Virus record (IMG/VR): IMGVR_UViG_3300043438_001221
Reading direction: 5' to 3' (one strand)
From: a virus
Length of the DNA: 64,000 bases
Position 1 is the first letter of the stretch. Each line of letters opens with the position of its first letter. A program made the position numbers and the translations under genes. The notes under the pieces are model-generated. The model saw only the letters and a program-made list of their open reading frames with translations, searched no databases and was not told the DNA's origin. Of this stretch, positions 28,044-37,893 are shown piece after piece.

Positions 28044-31000
28044 ATGAGATTGTTTAGCGAAGAGGTGAAAACCACCTCGTCTAATTCACCTCTGAATATC
28101 ATCCAAGTTGCAAATTTCTCAGAAATTTTCTTCGGTGTTCTAGAGATTGAAATAAACGAGAAAAAATATCCGGTTGAAGAAGTTGTGAAGCACGGGGGAA
28201 ATCCCGTGGTGTTGCTTCCTATCGTGATTGAGGGGGTTGAAAAAGAATATCCATTCCTTCTGTTGAAAGGCAAGCAGGAGATTTTCTTCAACGAAAATAA
28301 TACGGAGATTCCTGTTTCCGATGAGGAAATTCTTGAGGAATCCACGGAAATCGATAGGGAGCAGATTCTCCTTGATATTGAAAAATTGAAAAAGGATTCC
28401 GTTAGAAAGGCACAGGAAGAGCTTTCTCGTCATTTGGAAATCGTCAAGGAAAAAACCAAACGGGAAAAACAAAAGAAAGAAAAAGCTCTCAGGTTGTATC
28501 TGGAGTCCGCAAGGGAAAATCTTGTTGATGAATTTACAACAATCTCCCAGCGGATCAAAAAAGAGGTTTTCGATAAGAATGATGAGAAATATTCGGAAAT
28601 TCGGGAAACGATTGATAACAGGATTGAGGAGATACGCAATTCCCTTGGGGAATCCTTGAGCAAGAATTTCCAGAAATCTTCCCAAATAATTGATAAGTCC
28701 ATCAAGCAATTGGTCAAGGAATTATGGGAAAAGAATATCAATCCAAGGGTTGATAAAGAACTTCATAATATTGCAACCGAAATCCATGAGAAGGTTTCGG
28801 AGATCGACAAGAATCTCAATTCCAAGCTGGATAAAAAAGCTGATCGTTCTTTGGTTGAAGGTGTTAGCAAGGAAATCGATATCATTCGGGATGCCAACAT
28901 TGAGCTTAACAATTCCCTGAACAAAGGCGTTCAGAAAGCATTGTCCCGCGTGGGGAACGTTGATAAGAAGATCGTGGAAATTTCCGAGAAATTTGATAGG
29001 AAAATCTCGGAAACGGAACAAGAAGTCACAGAATATTTCAATGAAAAGTTGACCTTGATTAAGGAAGAAACCATTGATATCACAGATGAAGCTAGAAAAT
29101 ATTTCCAAAATCTGATTCAAGAAAGCAGGGATGGATTGCTTTCTGAAATCCGCACGATCAAGAATGAGAAACCCGTTGAATACATTCTGGAAACCAAAAA
29201 ATCCGGCAAGGTTGTCAAGGATTGGGATTCGATTGAGAAAGAATGGAACACCAAAATCCACGACAAGATTGAAAATGTAAAGACCGATCTTAGGAAATAT
29301 GTGACGGTCTATGCCTCTGGTGGTGGAACCAATGCCACTCAATACCAAGATGGGGGAACGATGAATGGCGACCTGAACGTGACGGGTGCGTATCTTTCCG
29401 CTGGTGTCAATTTATTGGATATCTTTGGTGGTGGAGGTGGTGGATTGACAAATCCTGTGGAAGTGTTGGAATTTGACACCGCCTATGTATCAACTGGTAG
29501 CGAACCCGCTGGTAGCATGTATTGGAACCCAACGGATGAAACGGTTGATTTGGTTCATGATGGGGCTGTCCAACAAATAGGGCAGGAAATGTTCATCAAA
29601 GTCCGCAATGCTTCGGGATCAACTATTCAAAATGGAACGCCCGTTTATTTTGATGGGAGGCAAGGGAACCGCCCCAAAATCTATCCCGCGCAATCCGATT
29701 TGCATTCGACTTCTGCCGTAATGGGGATAACCACCCAAGACATATCCGATGGAGACGATGGATTTATCACCTCTTTTGGTTATGTGCGCCAAATCAAAAC
29801 CAATTATTCGGGGGCTGGAGATTGGGGAACCACTTGGAATGAAGGGGACAACCTTTATGTATCAAAAACCATTACTGGCCAATTAACGAATGTTGAGCCT
29901 TCCGCCCCCCATCATTCAGATGTGGTTGGCCAAGTTGGGATCGTTGGAGCTTTGGGGGTTGGTTCTATTTTCGTAAGCATTCGTCACCATCAAGCTCTGG
30001 AAGATTTATCCGATGTTAATGGCACAGCTTTAACAACAACGGGACAAGTCCCAACATGGAACAATTCGTTAAGTGCTTTTGATTTCAATTACAATATCAC
30101 GGATTATCTCCCTTTAAGTGGTGGCACATTATCTGGTAATCTTTCAGCAAATTCCGTTACGGTTACGGCGGCAGAGATTGGGCGCGATTTGGTTGATGCT
30201 GATGCCGTGGTATTGAATGGTGGTAGAAGCCTTTTATCAAGATTCTGGACTTATGTAAAATCCAAACTTGATCTTGGACAAACAGTTGGCGGCTCGTGGG
30301 CGTTTAGTTCCACCACCAGACCTACAAGCAGCGGGACAGGAACACCCGACGCCAATAGCTTGATTACTTTTGCGGATGCTTTAACTCAACTTGATAGTGT
30401 TATTGGATGGAATCTTATACCATTTATCAACTCTATACAGTCCACTTTCAACGTCGGTGGTTCAAATTCTCTTACACTAAATGCTGTCCATATCCAACTT
30501 ACATCTGGTGGGACTTCTGTAAGTGCTACTGCTGGATATTCATTCAACAGCGCAAATGCTCAAGGTATTTTACCATATAAAGGTAGTGAAACATTGATTC
30601 ATTGGTCAAAAAGATTAAAAGTTCGACTCGGTATTGCAATGGCTTCTTTTGATGGTGATGCAATTGGATGGTTTTGGGTTGGTTGTGATTCTACCGCTCC
30701 TGTTGGTAATGCACCCCCAAATACTTTGCGAGGTTATGGATTAAGGTTTGATAACAGCGGCGGAACGGTTCGTATCACCCCTGTTACCCATGATGGAACA
30801 AATTACATTTACGGAACCCCTGTTACCCATACTCAAACCGTATATACGATGGATATGTATAATGGCACAATGAATGTTTTTAATGCTGATAATACATTGG
30901 TGGCTACTGTTTCTGGTGGTAGGTCAATTGATTCCGCAACCAATAGATCGGTTCAACTTCATTGCCAAACCACATTAAATAATGGTGTTGGCAACAACTA

Positions 31001-31049
31001 TTTCCGTTTTCGAGTAAACCGTATGGAATTTAAATTCCTAGAATCTTAA
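28044..31049 (+). CDS. large virion fibre-like protein (coiled-coil N-half, beta-rich G/T/S C-half)
   Basis: Late promoter TAAATA-N6; about 420 aa charged coiled coil then GGTMNGDLNV and YLPLSGGTLSG fibre motifs plus a capsid-cement-like segment. Confidence 0.65.
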   Translation: MRLFSEEVKTTSSNSPLNIIQVANFSEIFFGVLEIEINEKKYPVEEVVKHGGNPVVLLPIVIEGVEKEYPFLLLKGKQEIFFNENNTEIPVSDEEILEESTEIDREQILLDIEKLKKDSVRKAQEELSRHLEIVKEKTKREKQKKEKALRLYLESARENLVDEFTTISQRIKKEVFDKNDEKYSEIRETIDNRIEEIRNSLGESLSKNFQKSSQIIDKSIKQLVKELWEKNINPRVDKELHNIATEIHEKVSEIDKNLNSKLDKKADRSLVEGVSKEIDIIRDANIELNNSLNKGVQKALSRVGNVDKKIVEISEKFDRKISETEQEVTEYFNEKLTLIKEETIDITDEARKYFQNLIQESRDGLLSEIRTIKNEKPVEYILETKKSGKVVKDWDSIEKEWNTKIHDKIENVKTDLRKYVTVYASGGGTNATQYQDGGTMNGDLNVTGAYLSAGVNLLDIFGGGGGGLTNPVEVLEFDTAYVSTGSEPAGSMYWNPTDETVDLVHDGAVQQIGQEMFIKVRNASGSTIQNGTPVYFDGRQGNRPKIYPAQSDLHSTSAVMGITTQDISDGDDGFITSFGYVRQIKTNYSGAGDWGTTWNEGDNLYVSKTITGQLTNVEPSAPHHSDVVGQVGIVGALGVGSIFVSIRHHQALEDLSDVNGTALTTTGQVPTWNNSLSAFDFNYNITDYLPLSGGTLSGNLSANSVTVTAAEIGRDLVDADAVVLNGGRSLLSRFWTYVKSKLDLGQTVGGSWAFSSTTRPTSSGTGTPDANSLITFADALTQLDSVIGWNLIPFINSIQSTFNVGGSNSLTLNAVHIQLTSGGTSVSATAGYSFNSANAQGILPYKGSETLIHWSKRLKVRLGIAMASFDGDAIGWFWVGCDSTAPVGNAPPNTLRGYGLRFDNSGGTVRITPVTHDGTNYIYGTPVTHTQTVYTMDMYNGTMNVFNADNTLVATVSGGRSIDSATNRSVQLHCQTTLNNGVGNNYFRFRVNRMEFKFLES

Positions 31050-31061
31050 ATATTATAAAAT

Positions 31062-31442
31062 ATGGCACTAATCACACCAAAAACACAAGTAGAAGAGGAT
31101 GTATCTGAAAAGGATGCTGGTGTTCTTCGTTCCGCAGAGGCATTACATCATGCCGCAACTGTCATAAAGCATGAAAATATGCGTTTCTGGTCGTTGCCCA
31201 CTGATCGTTTATTAGCAGTTCTTAACTATAATATCCCCCAAACCTTATCGGTTTTCGCCGCCAATGCGCAAGCTGCTGTAGCGATCAATGCCCTATTGGA
31301 TGCAGTTGATTCACCGCGCTTTTCCAATCGTTTGCCTACAGAAATGGGTAGGAGCGATGTGATGTTTGATGGGAATCAATTTGTGGTAATCCCTCCAGAA
31401 CCACCAGAGGAACAGGAACCAGAAGAAGAATTACCCGAATAA
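31062..31442 (+). CDS. hypothetical protein, possible fibre assembly chaperone
   Basis: Directly follows the fibre gene; acidic Pro-rich tail. Confidence 0.5.
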   Translation: MALITPKTQVEEDVSEKDAGVLRSAEALHHAATVIKHENMRFWSLPTDRLLAVLNYNIPQTLSVFAANAQAAVAINALLDAVDSPRFSNRLPTEMGRSDVMFDGNQFVVIPPEPPEEQEPEEELPE

Positions 31443-31444
31443 TC

Positions 31445-31909
31445 ATGGGTTCTTTGGGATTATCAAAACGGAACAAGAAGTTCCACCAAGGATTTTATGT
31501 TCCAAAAAATATTCAAAAATATGTCGGTAAAATTGATAACATCATATACCGATCTGGTTTGGAATTGAAGTTCTTCCGCTTCTGTGATAATAATCCAAAT
31601 GTGGTGGAGTGGGGAAGTGAGGAAATCGCCGTGCCTTATTTTGACACGTTGCAGCGCAAGCAGCGTAAATATTTTATTGATGCTTATGTGAAGATACAGG
31701 AGGGCGATATTATAAAAAAATATCTGGTGGAAGTCAAGCCTTGGAAGCAGACGCAAGAGCCGAAAGCTGGAAAGGGTAAGAAGAAAGCCAATCTGTTGTA
31801 TGAACAGGTCGCTTTCCAGAACTTACAAGACAAGATAAAATTTGCAAAAGAATTTGCAAAAAAACATAATATGGATTTTATTATAATCACTGAAAAAGAA
31901 TTAAATTAA
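31445..31909 (+). CDS. 4: head completion nuclease gp4-like
   Basis: QGFYVPKNIQKYVG..NIIYRSGLE...CDNNPNVVEWGSEE..VPY...YFID...LVEVKP..QT. Confidence 0.9.
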   Translation: MGSLGLSKRNKKFHQGFYVPKNIQKYVGKIDNIIYRSGLELKFFRFCDNNPNVVEWGSEEIAVPYFDTLQRKQRKYFIDAYVKIQEGDIIKKYLVEVKPWKQTQEPKAGKGKKKANLLYEQVAFQNLQDKIKFAKEFAKKHNMDFIIITEKELN

Positions 31910-31942
31910 TGTATTTATGAGGATGTGGCATTAAGTAATAAT

Positions 31943-33562
31943 ATGCCGAACAAAATAAATACCGAAATTTTCATAGAAAGGTCGAAAAATATACACGGCG
32001 ATAGATATCAATATAATTGTTCGGAATATATAAATAGCCAAACGAAAATAAGCGTGCGATGCCCGATCCATGGTATTTTCACTCAAAAACCACAAGACCA
32101 TATGAATGGGAGGGGTTGTGAAAAATGTGGGAAATTGATATGGGAAAATAAAGATAATCTCGAAAAAAGGTTTAATATTTTTGCTGAAAATGCGAATAGA
32201 ATACACAATTTTAGATATAAATATATTTTAGAGTCGTATAATGGTACGCATAGAAAGGGTGATATTATTTGTCCAATACATGGAAAATTTACTCAATTAT
32301 TAACAAATCATCTTAGCGGATCAGGTTGTGTTAAGTGTAGTAAAGAATCCTATAGAAATAAAAGAACATTCACCGATAAAATTTTTACAGAAAAAGCCAT
32401 TGAAAAACACGGCAATTTTTATAATTATTCTTTAATTAATTACACAGATTCCCAATCTAAATTAGAAATTATTTGTCCAATACATGGCAAATTTACACAG
32501 AAAGCAAATGCACATTTAAACGGTGCTGGGTGTGGGAAATGTGGAAAAATTAAAAAATCTAACAATAAAAGTAAAAATTATGATTGGTATGCCAAATGTG
32601 TCAAATCACATGGAAATAAATATAATTATTCTATGGTGGATTATGTGAAAAACACGTCCCCCGTTAAAATTATTTGCCATAAACATGGAATGTTTATGCA
32701 GACTTTACATAGTCATATAAAAGGTCGGGGGTGTCCTTCATGCGGAGTGACAAATTCCGATATGGAAAACTTTGTGGAAGAAGTGTTGAAAGATAATTCA
32801 ATTGATTATGTTAAAAATGATTGGAGCGTTCTCAAAAATTTGGAGTTAGATTTTTATATACCAAGTATGAAAATTGCGATTGAGTGTAATGGTAATTACT
32901 GGCATTCTGAGACATCTGGTAATAAAGATAAAGATTATCATCTTGATAAAACAGAAAAATGCCTAGGTGTCGGTATTAAATTATTACACATTTTTGAAGA
33001 TGAGTATATAGAGAAAAGGGAAATAATTAAATGTAAAATATTAAACGTTTTAAATTTAACCAAATATAAAATTTGGGCTGAAGAATGTTCTATTGAACGG
33101 ATATCTGAAGATATTAAAGATAAATTTTTAAACAAATATCATATACAAGGAAGTGATAAATCTGATTACATGTATGGACTATTCTATCGAGATAGAATCG
33201 TTGCGGTTATGACGTTTTGTGGTGCAAGTAATTCAAAAAATAGAGTATTTGATTTTTCTAGATATTCATCATTGGGGAATTTTGATATTGTTGGTGGTGT
33301 TGATAAGTTATTAACATTTTTTAAAGTGGTGACAAACCCATCAAAAATTATTTTGAGTGTGGATAGGAGATTTTCAGACGGTGATCTTTATGAAAAAATT
33401 GGATTTGAAAGAGTTTCCACCACACCACCCGATTATTGGTATCTAATTAGAAATGGTAATTACTTCACTAGAAAATATAAATCGGAATTGGATAATATGA
33501 AAACCTACAATTTTGATAGAATATGGGACTGTGGTATGATTAATTATGAGATGTTTTGTTGA
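31943..33562 (+). mobile_element. free-standing homing endonuclease with four Zn-binding CxxHG repeats (DUF723-like) and a PD-(D/E)xK domain
   Basis: Four repeats C(P/H)xHGxFxQxxxxHxxGxGCxxC, then ELDFYIP..IAIECNGNYWH and RIWDCG; AT-rich; TAAGTA-N5-ATG. Confidence 0.82.
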
Positions 33563-33611
33563 AAAAGGAGTTAAATTAGTAGATTTTACATTATTAAGCA
33601 TAAATACAAAT

Positions 33612-34274
33612 ATGCTTAAATTAAAGTTGATTGCTGAAAATCCTGATGTGTTTGATAACTTTGAAGTTATTGAAGAACAATCAAACAGAAACAGTGCATC
33701 CAACCTATATGTGAAAGGTCCGTTTATAGGCTGCAACGCCGTTAATAAAAATAGGCGTATGTATAAATTGGACGACACTAGAACAGAAGTCCAACGATAT
33801 GTTAATGAAATGGTCATGCCGGGACGCGCCATGGGAGAACTCAATCACCCATCCAGTGCTGATGTAAATCTTGAAAGGGCTTGCCATTTGGTTACGGAAC
33901 TATCGGAAGTTGATGATTATTTCATCGGTAAAGCAAAAGTTCTTTCAACACCAACGGGTCAAATCCTCCGTTCTCTCATCAACGATGGGGTCAAGATCGG
34001 AATGTCCACCCGTGCGCTTGGTCAATTGATGGAAAATCGTGATTACAACGTTGTTCAGAATATGCACTTGGTAGCCATTGATGCTGTTGCTGATCCATCC
34101 TATCCAAAGGCTTTCGTTAATGGGATTTTGGAAAGCAAGACTTTTGTTCTGGATCAGGACGGTTCATTTGAAGAGATGTATGAAAATTTTGGAAACGCTC
34201 TCAAAACCCTACCCAAACATGACACCGATAATTATCTTCGCGCACAGATCATAAAATTTATCAATTCAATCTAA
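33612..34274 (+). CDS. 21: prohead core protease gp21
   Basis: NKNRRMY, RAMGELNHP, GKAKVLSTPTG, GMSTRALG, DAVADPS; start from TAAATA-N5-ATG. Confidence 0.95.
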   Translation: MLKLKLIAENPDVFDNFEVIEEQSNRNSASNLYVKGPFIGCNAVNKNRRMYKLDDTRTEVQRYVNEMVMPGRAMGELNHPSSADVNLERACHLVTELSEVDDYFIGKAKVLSTPTGQILRSLINDGVKIGMSTRALGQLMENRDYNVVQNMHLVAIDAVADPSYPKAFVNGILESKTFVLDQDGSFEEMYENFGNALKTLPKHDTDNYLRAQIIKFINSI

Positions 34275-34282
34275 ATAATATC

Positions 34283-34660
34283 ATGGGTAAAACATATAAA
34301 GATTTGAAGAAACAGGGTAAGCATGTTTTTGATGGACCGAAGGTGAAGCAGCGCAAGCATTTCGCCCCGGCAACCAAAACGGAAAGGCCAAAAAAAGGCA
34401 AGGGATCGTATGATCGTGGGGAAGCTTTTGATGAGGATGAAGAAAAAAAGGATTGTTGGGATGGTTATGAAAAGAAAGGCACCAAGAAGAAGGGTGGAAA
34501 GACCGTCAACAATTGTGTGAAGGAATCCACCAATCTATCCAAATTCATTGAGGCTATCATGACCAATAATCATGCGGAAGCCCACAAACATCTCAAACAG
34601 GCGGTGAACGACAAAATCCAGAACCGAATTGCCCAAGAAATCGACAATCCTTTGTTCTGA
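34283..34660 (+). CDS. prohead-core-like small protein with N-terminal ArfA-like motif
   Basis: ERPKKGKGSYDR, then CWDGY..G.KK.GG..VNNCV, then a helical C-terminus; lies between gp21 and gp22. Confidence 0.6.
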   Translation: MGKTYKDLKKQGKHVFDGPKVKQRKHFAPATKTERPKKGKGSYDRGEAFDEDEEKKDCWDGYEKKGTKKKGGKTVNNCVKESTNLSKFIEAIMTNNHAEAHKHLKQAVNDKIQNRIAQEIDNPLF

Positions 34661-34697
34661 TTTTCAAAAAATTCATACTGAATCTCTAAATAATAAT

Positions 34698-35585
34698 ATG
34701 AAGAAAAAAAGCACGAACCTTTTCTCGGAAGACATCCAAAAAAGCCTTGGACTCAGCGACGAATCCGTAAAAGCGATTCAAGAATCCCTTGAATCCAAGA
34801 TTGATCTAGCAGTAGAAGCAGCCCTTTTGGAACAGGATGAAGTATATGCATCCAAGCTCCAAGCTGCGTTTGTATCCGTTGACAAGGATCGCACTCTCAA
34901 GATGAAGAAGATCATGGAAGCATTTGACAAGAACGCCACCGCAAAGCTCGCCAAGGTCATCAAGAAATATGAGCGCGAGCAAAACGGCGATCTTCTCAAG
35001 TTCAAGAAACAACTTACGGAATCCGTTAGTGCTTTCCTCGATGAGTTCATTGAAGAATCCGTTCCAACCAAGGATATCAAGGAAGCGGTTAGAAACAAAA
35101 CCGCCATGAATGTTCTGGAAAATCTTAAAAAGGTTTTTGCAATCGATCTCGCTGTGATGAAGGAATCCGTTTCCGGTGCAATCGTGGAAGGCAAGAGCGA
35201 AATCGACAAGCTCCGCAAGAAAAACGAAGAGCTTGAAAAGAGCATGAAGATTCTTACTGAATCCAAGAACAAGTCGGAAGTCAAGCTTTTCCTTGAAGGA
35301 AAGACTTCCAAATATCCTGAAACAAAGAAGAACTTCGTCAAGAAGGCTCTGGGAGACAAGTCCCTTCAATTCATTCAGGAAAACTTCGATTACACCGTGC
35401 GTCTCTTTGAAAAACAAGAGAAAAAGCAACTGGAAACCATCAAGGAAGATGCGATCCAAAACCGCAAGCACAAGCCCGATTTTGTAAAAGAACAAAAAAT
35501 TGTCACGGAAAAGGTAAATACTAATACGGATGAAGAATCTGATCCTTATGTGTCTGTTATGGATTCCATGACATTCCGTAAGTAA
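34698..35585 (+). CDS. 22: prohead core scaffolding protein gp22
   Basis: Charged coiled-coil protein between gp21 and gp23; ends DPYVSVM; TAAATA-N5-ATG. Confidence 0.85.
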   Translation: MKKKSTNLFSEDIQKSLGLSDESVKAIQESLESKIDLAVEAALLEQDEVYASKLQAAFVSVDKDRTLKMKKIMEAFDKNATAKLAKVIKKYEREQNGDLLKFKKQLTESVSAFLDEFIEESVPTKDIKEAVRNKTAMNVLENLKKVFAIDLAVMKESVSGAIVEGKSEIDKLRKKNEELEKSMKILTESKNKSEVKLFLEGKTSKYPETKKNFVKKALGDKSLQFIQENFDYTVRLFEKQEKKQLETIKEDAIQNRKHKPDFVKEQKIVTEKVNTNTDEESDPYVSVMDSMTFRK

Positions 35586-35648
35586 ACAATTTCCACCCCG
35601 CACTATGAGGAAGTAATTCCTGAACAATGTGAATAGAAAGTCAAATAT

Positions 35649-37100
35649 ATGAATAATCTACCATCTACTGATATCCAAGGCTCCAAGATGCAACAAGCAG
35701 TTGCCAAGTGGCGTAAGGTTCTCGACTATAGCTCGGACTCGATCCCAGCTATTCGGAACGAACACGTTTACAAGACGACTGCCATGCTTCTGGAAAACCA
35801 AGAACAGTGGTGCTACCAAGAATCGAATACTGCTGCCTCCGGTGGTGTGTTCGGTGCAACGACTTCCATTGGCAACGGTATCGCTAACAGCGACTCCTAT
35901 GCTACTGGCGATGCTCGTCTGCCAAAGATTCTGATTCCTATGATTCGGCGTACTTTCCCAGAACTGATCTCTAACGAAATCGTGGGTGTTCAACCCATGG
36001 GTGGTCCAGTCGGACTTGCCTTCGCTCTCCGTTATGCTTATCAAGGTGATACCCTTGGTACTGATGGAATCGACGGTAAATCCTTCACCTCCACCTCTCG
36101 TGGTAATGGAACCCAAAACTACTCCGGTGGTGATGGACTCCCCGCCGACGAACTTGGTTATCAGCTTCTTGACACACGTTTCACTGGCACATCTGCTGCG
36201 TTCCTTTCCGGTCATGCCGAATGGACGTTTGCAGACCAAGACAAAGGTATTGCAGAACTCCTGAGTAACTACGAACTGACGGGTAAAATCCCTCAGATCG
36301 AACTCAAGTTCGAAAAGACCGCTGTTGAGGCCGGAACACGTAGGCTCGCTACCCGCTGGTCGGTTGAGTTGGAACAAGACATCAAAAACATGAACGGTAT
36401 CGATATCGATGGAGAACTTACGAATGCTATGTCGTATGAAATCCAAGCCGAAATCGACCGCGAAGTTGTGATGCGTATGATCCAAACCGCCTTCAATGCT
36501 GGTGCTGGCGCAGGTTTCTCCATCTGGAGTCCTGTTAGTGCGGATGGACGTTGGACTGCTGAAAGGAATCTTACCTTCTATCAACGCCTTATTATCGAAA
36601 GTGGTCGTATGGCTGCTCGTAACCGTAGAGGTGCCGCTAACTTTGTTATCGCCACTCCCCGCGTTTGCAGCATCCTCGAAATGCTTCCCGACTTTAAGGT
36701 TTACGAAATCAACGGAACCGTTTCGACGGCTGGTGTTGGTATCGCTAAAGTTGGTACTGTTGGTAGCCGCTGGACTGTGTATCGTGATACTAGGACTGAA
36801 GTTCAGAACTCCTCTCTCTACTCGCCTAACTACTACACTGGCCAAACCAGTGGAGTTGAATACGCGCTGTTGGGTTACAAGGGTTCTGAATACTATGATA
36901 CAGGAATAATTTACTGTCCGTATATCCCAATTATGGTGCAACGGACGATTGGCCCAAATGATTTCGCGCCCCGTGTTGGTCTTATGACCCGCTACGGAAT
37001 TGTGAATAACATCTTTGGTGCAAATCTTTATTATCACCTTATCATTGTTAAAGGTCTTGGAACCGCGTTTACGCCCGGATCGGTCAGCACATATTTATAA
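35649..37100 (+). CDS. 23: major capsid protein gp23
   Basis: LLENQ, LIPMIRRTFP, GVQPMGGPVGLAFALR, AEIDREV, YCPYIP, F.PRVGLMTRYG. Confidence 0.97.
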   Translation: MNNLPSTDIQGSKMQQAVAKWRKVLDYSSDSIPAIRNEHVYKTTAMLLENQEQWCYQESNTAASGGVFGATTSIGNGIANSDSYATGDARLPKILIPMIRRTFPELISNEIVGVQPMGGPVGLAFALRYAYQGDTLGTDGIDGKSFTSTSRGNGTQNYSGGDGLPADELGYQLLDTRFTGTSAAFLSGHAEWTFADQDKGIAELLSNYELTGKIPQIELKFEKTAVEAGTRRLATRWSVELEQDIKNMNGIDIDGELTNAMSYEIQAEIDREVVMRMIQTAFNAGAGAGFSIWSPVSADGRWTAERNLTFYQRLIIESGRMAARNRRGAANFVIATPRVCSILEMLPDFKVYEINGTVSTAGVGIAKVGTVGSRWTVYRDTRTEVQNSSLYSPNYYTGQTSGVEYALLGYKGSEYYDTGIIYCPYIPIMVQRTIGPNDFAPRVGLMTRYGIVNNIFGANLYYHLIIVKGLGTAFTPGSVSTYL

Positions 37101-37146
37101 TTTATTGTAAATAGCTGACTGCCAAGCAGTTACGTCAAATCAATCT

Positions 37147-37186
37147 GAAACCGGAGGTGCCGAAGACCCTCCGGTTTCCTCGTTTT
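37147..37186 (+). terminator. rho-independent terminator after gp23
   Basis: GAAACCGGAGG-N10-CCTCCGGTTTC perfect 11-bp stem followed by a T-rich run. Confidence 0.8.
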
Positions 37187-37859
37187 AAAAGGAAAACCCA
37201 AATCCAGATTCTTGCCGATCATCAAATTCCATTTTTGTAAATTTTCTTAACATCTTCCTACAATCATCGCAATAATCGAACATATCAGCGTCAGCTAAAT
37301 AATCAGCTAGACTTTCTAATTGAGGATACCCGCAATCTTTCGGTATAACATAAGAAAAATCTTTGGATTTCTCGTGAAACACCATAGAACGAGTTATATC
37401 TACATATACACTATTCCATTTTTCCGCCAAATATCTCATAATAGCTACAAATCTATCCATCCCTCTTTTACTGAAATATGCGGGTGTTTTAGCTTTTGAG
37501 TCGATAAAACCATGAGGATAAATTAATGGAAGTTCTTCTGGATATTCAAATCCGAAAAACATTCTAAATGTATAATTATCAAGTTGGATGAAATATGGGA
37601 TTCGAACAGACGTTGTTTTATCCATTTTCCAAATAGCTTGATCCTTTTTAATATCCCTATCCATCACAGCAATATCAGTGAAATGTGAATCACCATCAAA
37701 TTCTACCCTATATGTCCGGTCGTTATGAGTAAATTTGAAATCTGATTTAAATCTTGTCCCCTCTATATTCACTTCAGATTCAACATCAAAATGTTTCGCC
37801 AGAATTTCCCCTAATTTTTGTTGTGTGAGATAATTTTTATTATTTATTTTCTTTTTCAT
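37185..37859 (-). CDS. PD-(D/E)xK / Vsr-DUF559-like endonuclease
   Basis: FKSDFK...RVEFDGDSHF...RDIKKD...VRIPY. Confidence 0.7.
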   Translation of the reverse strand: MKKKINNKNYLTQQKLGEILAKHFDVESEVNIEGTRFKSDFKFTHNDRTYRVEFDGDSHFTDIAVMDRDIKKDQAIWKMDKTTSVRIPYFIQLDNYTFRMFFGFEYPEELPLIYPHGFIDSKAKTPAYFSKRGMDRFVAIMRYLAEKWNSVYVDITRSMVFHEKSKDFSYVIPKDCGYPQLESLADYLADADMFDYCDDCRKMLRKFTKMEFDDRQESGFGFSF

Positions 37860-37865
37860 GTTTTA

Positions 37866-37893
37866 ATCATACCATATCATTATTATTTGTCAA
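37866..37893 (-). promoter_or_regulatory. sigma70-type promoter TTGACA-16-TATGAT, 6 nt before ATG
   Basis: Exact -35 consensus, TG-extended -10. Confidence 0.75.

Noticed and set aside
35658-37037. 459-aa antisense ORF opposite gp23 (and 273-aa and 193-aa ORFs opposite gp22)
   Set aside because: Shadow ORFs expected from codon bias in highly expressed genes; no motifs, promoter or plausible composition
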